This document shows positions 9,217 to 18,148 of a stretch of 45,764 bases of DNA, one piece after another (position 1 is the first letter of the stretch; the number at the start of each line of letters is the position of its first letter). The notes beneath the pieces were generated by a model that worked only from the letters and a program-made list of their open reading frames with translations, did no database searches and was not told the origin of the DNA. The DNA is taken from IMG/VR virus record IMGVR_UViG_3300006052_000013. The stretch is one strand, 5' to 3'. A program made the translations under genes and the position numbers. The DNA comes from a virus.

Positions 9217-9382
9217 CGTCGATTCCCTTGGCCTTTGCCTGGATGTTTCCTTGAATTTTGGTAAGGCATATTTGGCATATACAAAAAACGTGTTCCCAGC
9301 CCTTTAACTTGAACTCACCCACCAGGCCGGGATTCCCGCATTGTCCACAATATCCGAGAAATGTCCGCATGTGTTCAAGCAT
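9200..9382 (-). CDS. small Zn-ribbon protein
   Basis: CGQC...CICQIC; fills the gap between coupled neighbours. Confidence 0.4.
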   Translation of the reverse strand: MLEHMRTFLGYCGQCGNPGLVGEFKLKGWEHVFCICQICLTKIQGNIQAKAKGIDDVSGT

Positions 9383-9936
9383 CAGAATCCTCCTTCGGTT
9401 CTCACCGGCCGATCTTTCATATACATCTCGATCATTTCAATTGGCCGAGGTTTATACGTTTTGGGGAAAGACCCGATCACGGCGTCCATCCCGACGTCAC
9501 AAGTCCGTTGGCTCATGGGATAGATCAATTTTGATCCGTGGCAGTGACCATGCAAAAGCCACGATCCCCGGCGATCTCCGTCCCATGAAATATGCGGATA
9601 ATGAGAAAGGCAGATTTTGTGATGGTTCCATTTCAATTCGTGGTAATCTTTTACCCACTCAAAAGGAAGGTCTTTGATTCGTTCGGAATGATCGTGGTTT
9701 CCCCGGACTAAATGAACGCGGCCATTCAAAAGGCTCATCACATCACGACGTGTCTCGGGAGTTGAATCAAAAAACATGTCTCCTAGGACATAAACGTCAT
9801 CTATGGGCCGGACGGTTTCGTTCCACAAAGTAACAAGGCCTGAGTTCATTTCTTCGGCCGTCTTCCAAGGTCGATTGCAAAACCCGATGATCTTCTCGTG
9901 GAAGAAATGCGGGTCGCTGTAAAAGAAAATCGACAT
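9382..9936 (-). CDS. calcineurin-like metallophosphoesterase
   Basis: YSDPHFFH, VLGDMFF, VRGNHDH, LHGHCHG. Start reset to the ATG (MSIFFY). Confidence 0.8.
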   Translation of the reverse strand: MSIFFYSDPHFFHEKIIGFCNRPWKTAEEMNSGLVTLWNETVRPIDDVYVLGDMFFDSTPETRRDVMSLLNGRVHLVRGNHDHSERIKDLPFEWVKDYHELKWNHHKICLSHYPHISWDGDRRGSWLLHGHCHGSKLIYPMSQRTCDVGMDAVIGSFPKTYKPRPIEMIEMYMKDRPVRTEGGF

Positions 9937-9938
9937 GT

Positions 9939-10055
9939 TTACCCCCAAAAGTTAGAGTTTGGATTCTTTAAAATAAAAACCAATAGTGCAAGCGCCACGG
10001 CCAACAACACCGCCGACAAAGTGAACGTCAAAACATCATCATAAAATTGTCCCAT
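9939..10055 (-). CDS. small membrane peptide (38 aa)
   Basis: MGQFYDDVLTFTLSAVLLAVALALLVFILKNPNSNFWG; one TM helix; stop lies 2 nt before the next ATG. Confidence 0.3.
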   Translation of the reverse strand: MGQFYDDVLTFTLSAVLLAVALALLVFILKNPNSNFWG

Positions 10056-10108
10056 GACGTAACAAGCAGTCAGTGAGCACATAAATAATTCTTTTTTAGT
10101 CAGAGGTT

Positions 10109-11638
10109 TCACATTTCCTCGCGTATGGCGTTGAACTCGGGGGCGGTATAATCTTCTGTTTGGATATCCAATTTGTCAATGGGATACATCCATACTTTTA
10201 CCGTCCGACCTTTGATCTTCGTTTCTTTGAACTGGGCACCTTGCTTGTAAAGCATGGTATAAAGCACGTTACTATCAATAAACTGTCGACGATGATGTTT
10301 AAGAAAGTTTTGCAGGTCCACGGCCTTAAAGCAAATATACTTCTCCAGCTCTACCGGCGTGCCCATGAGTATGGCCTCCTCACCACGTTGAGAATTCTTG
10401 AACCGAGTCAAGAAATCCATAACACTGTTCATGATGGAACCCTCTTCACTGGCGTCATCCGGGGCCGCGATCACCTCTTGTTTAAGATGCAACTCATGCC
10501 GCATGGCCCGCCAACGATCAGATTTCATGGGTGGAATACAGATATTCATGATGTCTTCGACGCGTTGCATAAGACGGTCGAAATTGTAAAATTCCTCATT
10601 AGTCAGGGTCATCTCCCCGCCGTTAATCTCCACCATAAATTGGGGAGGATCGGTATCAATTTTTCTGAGGTGAGATATCAAGAAATCTCCCAGACTTCCA
10701 CTTTCTTTCCATGGCATGTGGGTATAACCGAATGGCAACGTATGACAAACCGGACGGTCACAATGTGATAAGATCGGTTCTTGTTCACAACGATATTGGT
10801 ACTTGGTGCCTCCGACGGACTTCAATAACCGGACCATTTCTTCTCGCGGGAGGGGCGGTTGACAAAACTTTTCATTGAATTCTAAAAACTTCTCTTCCCA
10901 AACTTTGGGGTGGGCCTTGCGCAAGAAAACTCCAAAATTGAACATACCATCGTTGCGCTTTCCCTCGGGCAACCCATGTTCCGCAAGATACTGAAGACAT
11001 GGCGGCATCACCGGACCCGAGGCCGGCGTGATCTTCGGGGCCTGTCCAATGATTACCAGTTCTTGTTCAGAAACTACCTGGTCATTTCCGTCCCAGTACA
11101 CCACCGAGTTCAAAAACTCTTCCAGTGTCATGGCCCCCTCGGGACCAATGGCATACCGATTGGTGTTGTCTCCATTAAAGTACGGTAAATTGATCCAGTT
11201 GCCCTGCCCGCTCTTATTAACCTGAATCTGTTTGGGAAAAACCTCCGACTTGGGATAACCCAGGATACCGGCCCAACGTTTTAATACGGGGATAATTTTA
11301 GATGGCTTGAAACCTTGCTCAGAAAAAAGATATAGATGTGCCCCGCCGGACTTCGACCGGCAAACCGTCAACGGCATCTTATGTTGAATAACTTTGGTTA
11401 AGAGTTGTCCGTGGTTTATCGTATCCACGTCTATATCAATGGCCGCGAATCGACAGGTACCATCTTTCAAAATCGGTACCAATCCTAAACCTCGCACCCC
11501 GGCGAGGTGTGCCCGGTAATCCTCCGGGGTGGCGGGACCGTCGGCCGTGTGATGATCGACGTTCCCGCCTTCCCGAATGGTTTGGACCCCGTGGGAGTAT
11601 TCGCTGCCCGCAAATAATTCTGCAAACAGTTTTGCCAC
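10109..11638 (-). CDS. bifunctional primase-polymerase (AEP prim-pol) with C-terminal extension
   Basis: FAAIDIDVD (DxD) and SKSGGAHLYLF (sGGxH); GTG start after GAGAGGAU. Confidence 0.7.
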   Translation of the reverse strand: MAKLFAELFAGSEYSHGVQTIREGGNVDHHTADGPATPEDYRAHLAGVRGLGLVPILKDGTCRFAAIDIDVDTINHGQLLTKVIQHKMPLTVCRSKSGGAHLYLFSEQGFKPSKIIPVLKRWAGILGYPKSEVFPKQIQVNKSGQGNWINLPYFNGDNTNRYAIGPEGAMTLEEFLNSVVYWDGNDQVVSEQELVIIGQAPKITPASGPVMPPCLQYLAEHGLPEGKRNDGMFNFGVFLRKAHPKVWEEKFLEFNEKFCQPPLPREEMVRLLKSVGGTKYQYRCEQEPILSHCDRPVCHTLPFGYTHMPWKESGSLGDFLISHLRKIDTDPPQFMVEINGGEMTLTNEEFYNFDRLMQRVEDIMNICIPPMKSDRWRAMRHELHLKQEVIAAPDDASEEGSIMNSVMDFLTRFKNSQRGEEAILMGTPVELEKYICFKAVDLQNFLKHHRRQFIDSNVLYTMLYKQGAQFKETKIKGRTVKVWMYPIDKLDIQTEDYTAPEFNAIREEM

Positions 11639-11650
11639 GCGATCCTCTCG

Positions 11651-12472
11651 TTAGAAGCCGGCACCCGTCTCATCCGGTGCCTCTTCGGTTTCCATACCGG
11701 TCATATCGGCCGTGATGTTGACATCCTTTAGTGAGTCGTAGGCCGTCTTCAGTTGCCGGAAAAGATCGGGCGGCACAAATCCCCGCGGCTTGATCGTCGG
11801 TGCGAACCAGCTCTGTTGTCCCTTGGTAACCTCGGTGGAAATCAATTCATAAACCCGGGCAAACATGGGGGTATTCGGGTTTAACTTTACCAGGGAATTC
11901 CATTGTTTCGACACTTTCAGACCGGTAGATTTGAGCGAGATGATGATCGGAATATCGGCCACCTCGCAAAAGAAGATACCCCCGGAGGCCGGACGGTCAA
12001 TTGGTTTTACGATCGCCGCGGGCCGATTGTGCAATTTGTCACAGGTGGGCCGGTGGTTATCCGAGAATTTGGCATGTTCACAGACCGTCGTTCCGTCCAA
12101 CTCTTCGCATTTGGGAGAAAGGAACCCCCCATCTTTTCCATTGAATGATTGGCACTCGATCCCACCCCCCTCGCTCATGGGATGAAACTTGATGCGCTGC
12201 TTGGAAAAAAGAATAGGAACCACCAAGACAGACTCTCCGTAGATTTCTCCGGTGATCGTGTTAAAGAACTGCCCATCGGTGAGGTTGGGGATGTGGTTGG
12301 CATCCGATTTCTTCTTTTGTGGGGTAAGAGACTGGCACAAACCAAGCCGCGGATAGGTAACATCCTGGCGCTCAATTTGCTCGGTCCCCTCACGACCCGT
12401 GATGTAATCTGGAACGGCCAATTTTCCGGTTACCTGTTCCAGGGCCTTATCTTCTTGTGTTGCTTTCGCCAT
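11651..12472 (-). CDS. hypothetical protein (Cys-cluster, possible DNA-binding or recombination accessory)
   Basis: 273-aa minus ORF in the replication module; no family confidently recognised. Confidence 0.55.
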   Translation of the reverse strand: MAKATQEDKALEQVTGKLAVPDYITGREGTEQIERQDVTYPRLGLCQSLTPQKKKSDANHIPNLTDGQFFNTITGEIYGESVLVVPILFSKQRIKFHPMSEGGGIECQSFNGKDGGFLSPKCEELDGTTVCEHAKFSDNHRPTCDKLHNRPAAIVKPIDRPASGGIFFCEVADIPIIISLKSTGLKVSKQWNSLVKLNPNTPMFARVYELISTEVTKGQQSWFAPTIKPRGFVPPDLFRQLKTAYDSLKDVNITADMTGMETEEAPDETGAGF

Positions 12473-12475
12473 TGT

Positions 12476-12979
12476 TTACTCTCCTTGACTCTCTTTTGCT
12501 TTTCTGCGCTTCAACTTTGTTTTCAGGAAGGCCGCGGCGCCCGGCGGAACTTCCTGACCGGTTTCGAGTCGTTCTTTAACGATCGAGGCCGCGGTCTGGT
12601 AATTTACGGTAAAAACGTCGTTAAGTCCATTTGTTTTCAGCCAGTTATAGAAACTTTCTCGGTCTTGTACCGATACATATACGGCCTGTTCCTGGTAAAA
12701 GGTCCGGCCGTCCGGCAGGGTAAACTTAGTGATACCCTCATCATCGAGAATGTCCACTACCATCTGGGTAATGGCCTCTTGCATAACCGCATTTACCGCC
12801 AGATCATCGTTGAGTTTATCCTCCTCTTTTCTGAGTTCGTCAAAGCGCAGGGCCAACTTTACCTTGTCGGCCAGGCCCTCGTCCCGCAGGTCTGATTTCG
12901 CCCGATCTACCTTTTCCTGATAGGTAGGTTCGTTGCTGTACCGTACCATGTTTTTCTTGTCTATTTTTGATTTTGCCAC
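12476..12979 (-). CDS. hypothetical coiled-coil protein
   Basis: GTG start after AAAGGGUGG; charged helical N-terminus and basic tail. Confidence 0.55.
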   Translation of the reverse strand: MAKSKIDKKNMVRYSNEPTYQEKVDRAKSDLRDEGLADKVKLALRFDELRKEEDKLNDDLAVNAVMQEAITQMVVDILDDEGITKFTLPDGRTFYQEQAVYVSVQDRESFYNWLKTNGLNDVFTVNYQTAASIVKERLETGQEVPPGAAAFLKTKLKRRKAKESQGE

Positions 12980-13209
12980 GGTGCCACCCTTTCATTTGGG
13001 GATGTAATAATCTCTACCGACAATAATGGACAAGTACGGGCGGCCGGTTTTGCGTCCTTCTTTTCATTTGGCTTATAAAACAAATGTGAATTTTCTTGGA
13101 AACAGTCGAGGGCCTGATCGACATCATCTGCCAAGCATTGAAAATTAACGTGAAAAATATAGGTACGAAGATCGCCCGATCCTTTCGTGGCGTTTCTGGC
13201 AATTATCAC
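12961..13209 (-). CDS. hypothetical protein
   Basis: GTG start after GGAGGUG, directly downstream of thyX. Confidence 0.4.
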   Translation of the reverse strand: MIIARNATKGSGDLRTYIFHVNFQCLADDVDQALDCFQENSHLFYKPNEKKDAKPAARTCPLLSVEIITSPNERVAPWQNQK

Positions 13210-13212
13210 TGG

Positions 13213-13920
13213 TCACCTCCCCAACTTCAAATTGTCGATCTGCCGGGACTCGGGTACGATATCGTCATACAAGAGTGGAATCCTTTGTTGAAATTCTTTC
13301 AATAACGGAATCGTGATCTGCCGCATTTGCGGATGGGCCTCTTTGGAAGTACGCATCAAAAAGAAATGCCGCCAACTGCGCAAATTTGCCGTGGTCACGA
13401 TACGCGAGGCCAGGGCATTGGGAAACACGCTCCGGGCCTCCTGCGGACGCCAACCTTTTTTGAGTAACGCGCAATACATATTTTCACAGTTTTGAATTAT
13501 CCATAACCAGTCCCGATTGTATTGACAGAGAGGAAAACCCGGACGATGGTGTATTCCGGATACGGTGGGTTCATCTCCCGTCCGGCAATATTCGCAATCA
13601 ACTCCCGGTATGGGGTAGATAAAGGCCGGCGGCATCTTCTTCTCATAATTGACAAACCTGGTACTCTCCTGGGTATAGGAGGCGAGTCGATGCCGTACCC
13701 ATTCGTGGGTTATACCCCGGTCCATCACGGCATCCACCGAGGCGGTGACGTGTTCTACCACTGACCAATCGCCATGGTCCATGACCACCGTTTTAATAAA
13801 CCGTTCGGTGTTAGGCGAAGCATCCTCCGATCGATGACTGATCCGGGCACACCACTCGATGTGCCGGAGTGGCTCCGGGGTCAGTACCATGATTTTAGCG
13901 TAGGGTTGAATTATTTTCAT
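13213..13920 (-). CDS. thyX: FAD-dependent thymidylate synthase ThyX
   Basis: ThyX signature RHRLASYTQESTRF (RHRxxSxxxxSxR). Confidence 0.9.
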   Translation of the reverse strand: MKIIQPYAKIMVLTPEPLRHIEWCARISHRSEDASPNTERFIKTVVMDHGDWSVVEHVTASVDAVMDRGITHEWVRHRLASYTQESTRFVNYEKKMPPAFIYPIPGVDCEYCRTGDEPTVSGIHHRPGFPLCQYNRDWLWIIQNCENMYCALLKKGWRPQEARSVFPNALASRIVTTANLRSWRHFFLMRTSKEAHPQMRQITIPLLKEFQQRIPLLYDDIVPESRQIDNLKLGR

Positions 13921-14155
13921 TCCTCTCCTTTTCTGCCTCTTTTGCTTCTAGTTCGCCAAGGATCGGGTCCAGGGCCTCACAAGCCGACAGGGCCGCATGA
14001 ACAAAGGCATCGGCCGGTTCGTCCTGCATGTCTTCTACCACTTGTCGTACGGCCGTCCGCGCCCGTCTCACTTTTTCAAGATCACTCAGTTTTCGATCGC
14101 GCCAGGCGAACCACACGTCCCGCATTTTGTCGGTCAGTATTTCCCAATCGAACAT
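13895..14155 (-). CDS. hypothetical protein
   Basis: Start reset to the ATG after GAAGGAGGAACGAC (MFDWEIL...). Confidence 0.5.
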   Translation of the reverse strand: MFDWEILTDKMRDVWFAWRDRKLSDLEKVRRARTAVRQVVEDMQDEPADAFVHAALSACEALDPILGELEAKEAEKERNENNSTLR

Positions 14156-14366
14156 GTCGTTCCTCCTTCTCGATTTCATGACCAAGATACCAGGCGGCCT
14201 TTTTAAGGTCTTCCAACCTACTTCCTTTTTTGCCGGCCCGGGCAATATACTTAACGGTGTTACCCAGGCAAAATCCCAAGTCCCAGGCATCAAGTACTTT
14301 GATGACTTCGTAGGTGGTATCTCCACCATAATGGGCCGGATGATTTACCGCCTCTTTTTGTTTCAT
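14082..14366 (-). CDS. DUF3310 (SaV-like) family protein
   Basis: NHPAHYGG...YEVIKVLDAWDLGFCLGNTVKYIARAGKK...DLKKAAWYL. The 3' end overlaps the next gene and is uncertain. Confidence 0.65.
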   Translation of the reverse strand: MKQKEAVNHPAHYGGDTTYEVIKVLDAWDLGFCLGNTVKYIARAGKKGSRLEDLKKAAWYLGHEIEKEERHVRLGNTDRQNAGRVVRLARSKTE

Positions 14367-14563
14367 GACATCACCCGGTCACTAAGAATTTGTATTGATC
14401 CCGTTCCAATTTTCCACTTTTGGTCCAATCCCCACTCTTGAAGTATAGTTTTGGCCAAGGTTTCATTTTCTGCCATGATGTGGGCGCGAACGGCGAACTT
14501 GAAATTGATCTTAGGATCAATGAACTCGTTCGTCACTATGAACACTTTTTTCTCTGATTGCAT
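14363..14563 (-). CDS. hypothetical protein
   Basis: Start reset to the ATG after GGAGGAAAGCA. Confidence 0.5.
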   Translation of the reverse strand: MQSEKKVFIVTNEFIDPKINFKFAVRAHIMAENETLAKTILQEWGLDQKWKIGTGSIQILSDRVMS

Positions 14564-15218
14564 TGCTTTCCTCCATGGATTTTGCTGCAAAATTTACGGC
14601 CGCCTCGGCCGGGGAACGACCACAACGGGAACAGGTACAACCTTCGGTGTGATTTCCCTCGGTTTGGGTCCAGGTATCCGGCCGGCCGTCTTTGTGTTCC
14701 CGGACCCAGGCCTCAAGATAAATACAAACATTGTGATGCCATTCTTTAACGTCGTCACTGTAACAGTTCAGTTCAAATGAGGCCCTGGCCAATTTCATAT
14801 ATTCGTGTATCTCGCCGGTCAAGTTTACCAGAAAAAGATAAAGCCAACGAGGCGTGATACAAAACGAATATTTGTCGGCGACACAGAGTGTCGAGGTATT
14901 TTGTAAATGTTGTTTGGCCAGGAATCGAGAGTGATAGAGACAGAAATTATACCATGGTTTATAGTGCGGGGGTTTTTCCGGGTCCCACCCATCGAATAAC
15001 GCGCTCACGATCTGGGCACCGAGGTAGGGGTGTTGCTCGCCCTCCGGCCCGTCCATATTAGGTTTTCCAATGTAACCAAGATCATGAAAAAAGAAACAGG
15101 CCCATAACCGTGGGTCCCACGGAAACCCATAGAGTTTATACCAGGCCCGGGCCACAAACCAGGGGTGAATGAAAAAACAGTGGGCACCATAGAGAATGCT
15201 TTTGGTTCCAATTTTCAT
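14517..15218 (-). CDS. HD-domain phosphohydrolase
   Basis: FFFHDLGYIGK; the ATG overlaps the SNF2 stop (TAATG). Confidence 0.65.
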   Translation of the reverse strand: MKIGTKSILYGAHCFFIHPWFVARAWYKLYGFPWDPRLWACFFFHDLGYIGKPNMDGPEGEQHPYLGAQIVSALFDGWDPEKPPHYKPWYNFCLYHSRFLAKQHLQNTSTLCVADKYSFCITPRWLYLFLVNLTGEIHEYMKLARASFELNCYSDDVKEWHHNVCIYLEAWVREHKDGRPDTWTQTEGNHTEGCTCSRCGRSPAEAAVNFAAKSMEESNAIREKSVHSDERVH

Positions 15219-16741
15219 TATTCCTCCAATAGGGCCGACCGCCAACGATCCGTGGTCCAGTCGGCAAGATTTTCTTTGTTGCGAAGGGCCTTAATCACGG
15301 CGTGGTCGATGGTCTTCTGTCCATCTGGCCCGGTGGCAATTACGTCAGTGTACCCAACATTTTGAGTTTGTCCCGGACGATGGACGCGATCTTCGGACTG
15401 GAGGCGAGCGAGGAGTGAATAGTCACTCGAAATATACATGACATTTGGAAGGGTGGTGAGATTGAGTCCCAGACCACCCGCGTGTGGCTGTCCGAGAATA
15501 ATCGCGGGTCCAGTTCCTGCCATACCCTCGCGAACTGCGTCAGTTCTTTCTCTCTTTGATTGTTGTCCTCGGATGCTGTGAAGGTGTACACCAGTTCGCA
15601 TGATATTTTTGCACCCGCGTATTTCGTCATATATTCGATCAAGTTCCGGTCTAAATCGGCACCAGATAATTGTGCGGAAAGCACCGTTTTCGTCGAATCG
15701 TCTTTCGAGCCAATCCATAGTTCCATCCAACTTTTCACGTCCGATTTCCTCCGTTCTGGTTTCGCCCGTCTCTTGCATGATGGGGTCGCCGTCCATAATG
15801 CCATAGAGTGCCCATTCCTCCTGCGACATTTCGGTGATGCCTCCGAGGAACCCGGAGGTAATCTGCCCAAGGCGTAGGGCCTTCACCGGGGCGTGCCGGA
15901 CCATACACGCATCCGACCCGAGCCACACCACCATGTCATCCCGCATGGATTTGTACTTTTTCCAGTTCTCCGGCGTCAGGGCAACGGTCATGTGGGAATA
16001 AGTCTTGGGCGGAAGGTCCAAACAGTCTTCTTTAAGCCGCCGTAGAACATAGGGCGCCGTGAGCCGATTGACCTCCTCCGCGTTTTTGAATCCCACGATC
16101 TGCTTGTTCTTGAACCCTCCCATGATGGCATATCGTGCCCGAAAATGAAAGTAGGACTTACATTGCAGAATCTCGGGACTCAACATCTTAAACTGGCAGT
16201 ACAAATCGAGAAGGTTATTTCCGATGGGGGTGCCATTCAAAAGATAACGCCGCTTGCAATGAAGAGACAATTCATATGTTTGTTTAGTCTGACTGGCCTT
16301 GGGACTCTTCAAAAAAATAGATTCGTCCATGACCAACATCGTTTCCCGTCCACGCAATAATTTGACAAGTATGTTCAGGGGCGGGTCCTGTCGAATCAAT
16401 TCGTAAGAGACCACAATCCAAATGAGTCCCCGGCCGAATCTCAGGTCCCGAGTCTTTCCGTGAAAGTGATGAACAACCGACTCTACCCAGGCATGTTTCT
16501 GGATTTCTCCCAGATCGGGATCAAGCCACACGGTTTTCACCTGGGCAGGACAGGCGATGACCACGGTGTCAATCTCAGAGTTATCAAAAAGTACGCAGGC
16601 GGCGTCGATGGTCTGTTTCGTTTTACCAACGCCCATCTCGTCGAATAAGGCAAAATAGGGGTGTCGCACCAGGGCCGAGGTTCCAACCAACTGGTGCTTA
16701 AACGGTTTCAAGTTAAAACGAGATGGGTCAATTGTGATCAT
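15218..16741 (-). CDS. SNF2-family (SF2) helicase/translocase
   Basis: DEMGVGKT (I), MDESIFLK (II), LQSEDRVHRPGQT (VI). Confidence 0.9.
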   Translation of the reverse strand: MITIDPSRFNLKPFKHQLVGTSALVRHPYFALFDEMGVGKTKQTIDAACVLFDNSEIDTVVIACPAQVKTVWLDPDLGEIQKHAWVESVVHHFHGKTRDLRFGRGLIWIVVSYELIRQDPPLNILVKLLRGRETMLVMDESIFLKSPKASQTKQTYELSLHCKRRYLLNGTPIGNNLLDLYCQFKMLSPEILQCKSYFHFRARYAIMGGFKNKQIVGFKNAEEVNRLTAPYVLRRLKEDCLDLPPKTYSHMTVALTPENWKKYKSMRDDMVVWLGSDACMVRHAPVKALRLGQITSGFLGGITEMSQEEWALYGIMDGDPIMQETGETRTEEIGREKLDGTMDWLERRFDENGAFRTIIWCRFRPELDRIYDEIRGCKNIMRTGVHLHSIRGQQSKRERTDAVREGMAGTGPAIILGQPHAGGLGLNLTTLPNVMYISSDYSLLARLQSEDRVHRPGQTQNVGYTDVIATGPDGQKTIDHAVIKALRNKENLADWTTDRWRSALLEE

Positions 16742-16744
16742 TAT

Positions 16745-16939
16745 TTAATGCAACCCCCGGCAAACAAGGCGTGAGTCTTCCGGATTCATCCGAGTATAGA
16801 TACCACTTTGATGCCGGTCGGCGCAAAAACAACATACCTCGGGTTCGGCATTTGTCAGAACCGGAACTTTACCGGGGTACAAATCAAAATAACATTTCCG
16901 ACAAATCGAGTGAGTCCAGACTATTTTTTTAGTTTCCAT
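16745..16939 (-). CDS. small Zn-ribbon protein
   Basis: CRKC...CCFC. Confidence 0.5.
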   Translation of the reverse strand: METKKIVWTHSICRKCYFDLYPGKVPVLTNAEPEVCCFCADRHQSGIYTRMNPEDSRLVCRGLH

Positions 16940-17187
16940 ATTTCCTTAATATCCTTACCCAACAACTCGGCCAGTTTCATTGCATTTTCCAGGGAGATGG
17001 TACAACCTTTTAGAATCTTTCGCATCGTGACCGGAGTCACGTCAAGGTAGTGCGATATATTGTTGACGGAATAATCGACGCCGAGTTTCTTACGCAACAT
17101 CGCCTCGACCTTTGTTTCAAAAAGACGCGGAGGCCACTCGGCCCCGCGGGTTTCTTTAATACGCTTCATTGCCAGAGCTTGACTCAA
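16921..17187 (-). CDS. helix-turn-helix DNA-binding protein
   Basis: ISHYLDVTPVTMRKILKG...ENAMKLAELLG, an HTH-like segment. Confidence 0.55.
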   Translation of the reverse strand: MSQALAMKRIKETRGAEWPPRLFETKVEAMLRKKLGVDYSVNNISHYLDVTPVTMRKILKGCTISLENAMKLAELLGKDIKEIWKLKK

Positions 17188-17227
17188 TGTTGTTTCTCCT
17201 TGATTTAATATTGATTTTTATTTGGCC

Positions 17228-17260
17228 CTAAAATAGCCCGGCGGATTGCTCCGCCGGGGC
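17228..17260 (-). terminator. intrinsic terminator
   Basis: RNA sense CCCGGCGGAGCAAUCCGCCGGG followed by CUAUUUUAG, just after the stop at 17266. Confidence 0.6.
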
Positions 17261-17265
17261 CTTTG

Positions 17266-17835
17266 TTAGTTTAATCTGGTGTGGTTGGCCAGTTGATTAA
17301 AGGCCGCCTCGTCGGTATGAAGCGCCAGAAACTGGGCAAGGACATTGTCGGCATCGGGAAGAGACGGCACGGGATGGGCGCAAAGTTTGTCTACCTCTTT
17401 GCCGTTCTCGATCTTCCGTACGTTACCGGCCCGACCCTTGTACAGACGGTATTGTTTATCGTTCACCTCCGTGTCAAAGTAACCCTTTTCTTTGTACATC
17501 TTCTGTTGTTCCGGGGTCAGGAACAAAAACAAAAGTTCTTCCGCTCGGGCCTGGGCCTTCTTGTCATGTTCCGCGGCCTCGGCCAGTCGAACTCGTTCGG
17601 CCTCTCGTTCTGCCGTAATTCGCGCCCGTTGTTGTTTGGTTGTTTCTTGGTAGGCGTTATTCCATACTTGCCACTGATAAATAACGTTCCCGGTTGCGCC
17701 GGTTGCGACCGTACTTGCTCCGGAATAAAAATAATTCCAGGCATCCCAAGTTACCGAGTTTCCAGTGGCACCGGTTGCATAGTTGCACTGTACCCAAAAT
17801 GGGTCCGGATAACAAACCGCATAGGTCATCGCCAT
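17266..17835 (-). CDS. hypothetical protein with ATGATGN repeats and a coiled coil
   Basis: Start reset to MAMTYAV after GGGAGGUUAGC; the upstream part of the track ORF overlaps the neighbouring gene. Confidence 0.55.
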   Translation of the reverse strand: MAMTYAVCYPDPFWVQCNYATGATGNSVTWDAWNYFYSGASTVATGATGNVIYQWQVWNNAYQETTKQQRARITAEREAERVRLAEAAEHDKKAQARAEELLFLFLTPEQQKMYKEKGYFDTEVNDKQYRLYKGRAGNVRKIENGKEVDKLCAHPVPSLPDADNVLAQFLALHTDEAAFNQLANHTRLN

Positions 17836-17836
17836 G

Positions 17837-18094
17837 CTAACCTCCCACCTGGGGTGGCACCATGATAATGCGTTCGGCCTCGGGATCAAATTTCTGCAAT
17901 ACTTCTCCCTTGCGGCCGTCTTTTCCCTCGGCCTTATAACCAATGTACCGTTTTCCCTTGAGGTCTTCAAACATCCTCCGGGCCGCGGCCGTTTCATCTG
18001 CACTTCCAGAGTCCCATATCGACCGGGTATCTCCGGTATTATCCAAAGTATGGATAATATGTTTTCCCGCCGGTACTTCCATGACATCTTGCAT
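17837..18094 (-). CDS. hypothetical protein
   Basis: ATG after AAGGAGAGACAC. Confidence 0.6.
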   Translation of the reverse strand: MQDVMEVPAGKHIIHTLDNTGDTRSIWDSGSADETAAARRMFEDLKGKRYIGYKAEGKDGRKGEVLQKFDPEAERIIMVPPQVGG

Positions 18095-18148
18095 GTGTCT
18101 CTCCTTGAATTAAGATGGGGACCGGATTTCTCCGGTCCCTTGTTTGGG

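Noticed and set aside
12149-12895. Long plus-strand ORFs (12149..12895, 10160..10768, 17834..18568, 18659..19462, 30834..31568, 408..923 and others)
   Set aside because: Each lies antisense to a minus-strand gene with clear family motifs or an SD-led start. Their sequences are low-complexity and Arg/Pro/Gly-rich, and none has a convincing SD. I treat them as shadow ORFs.
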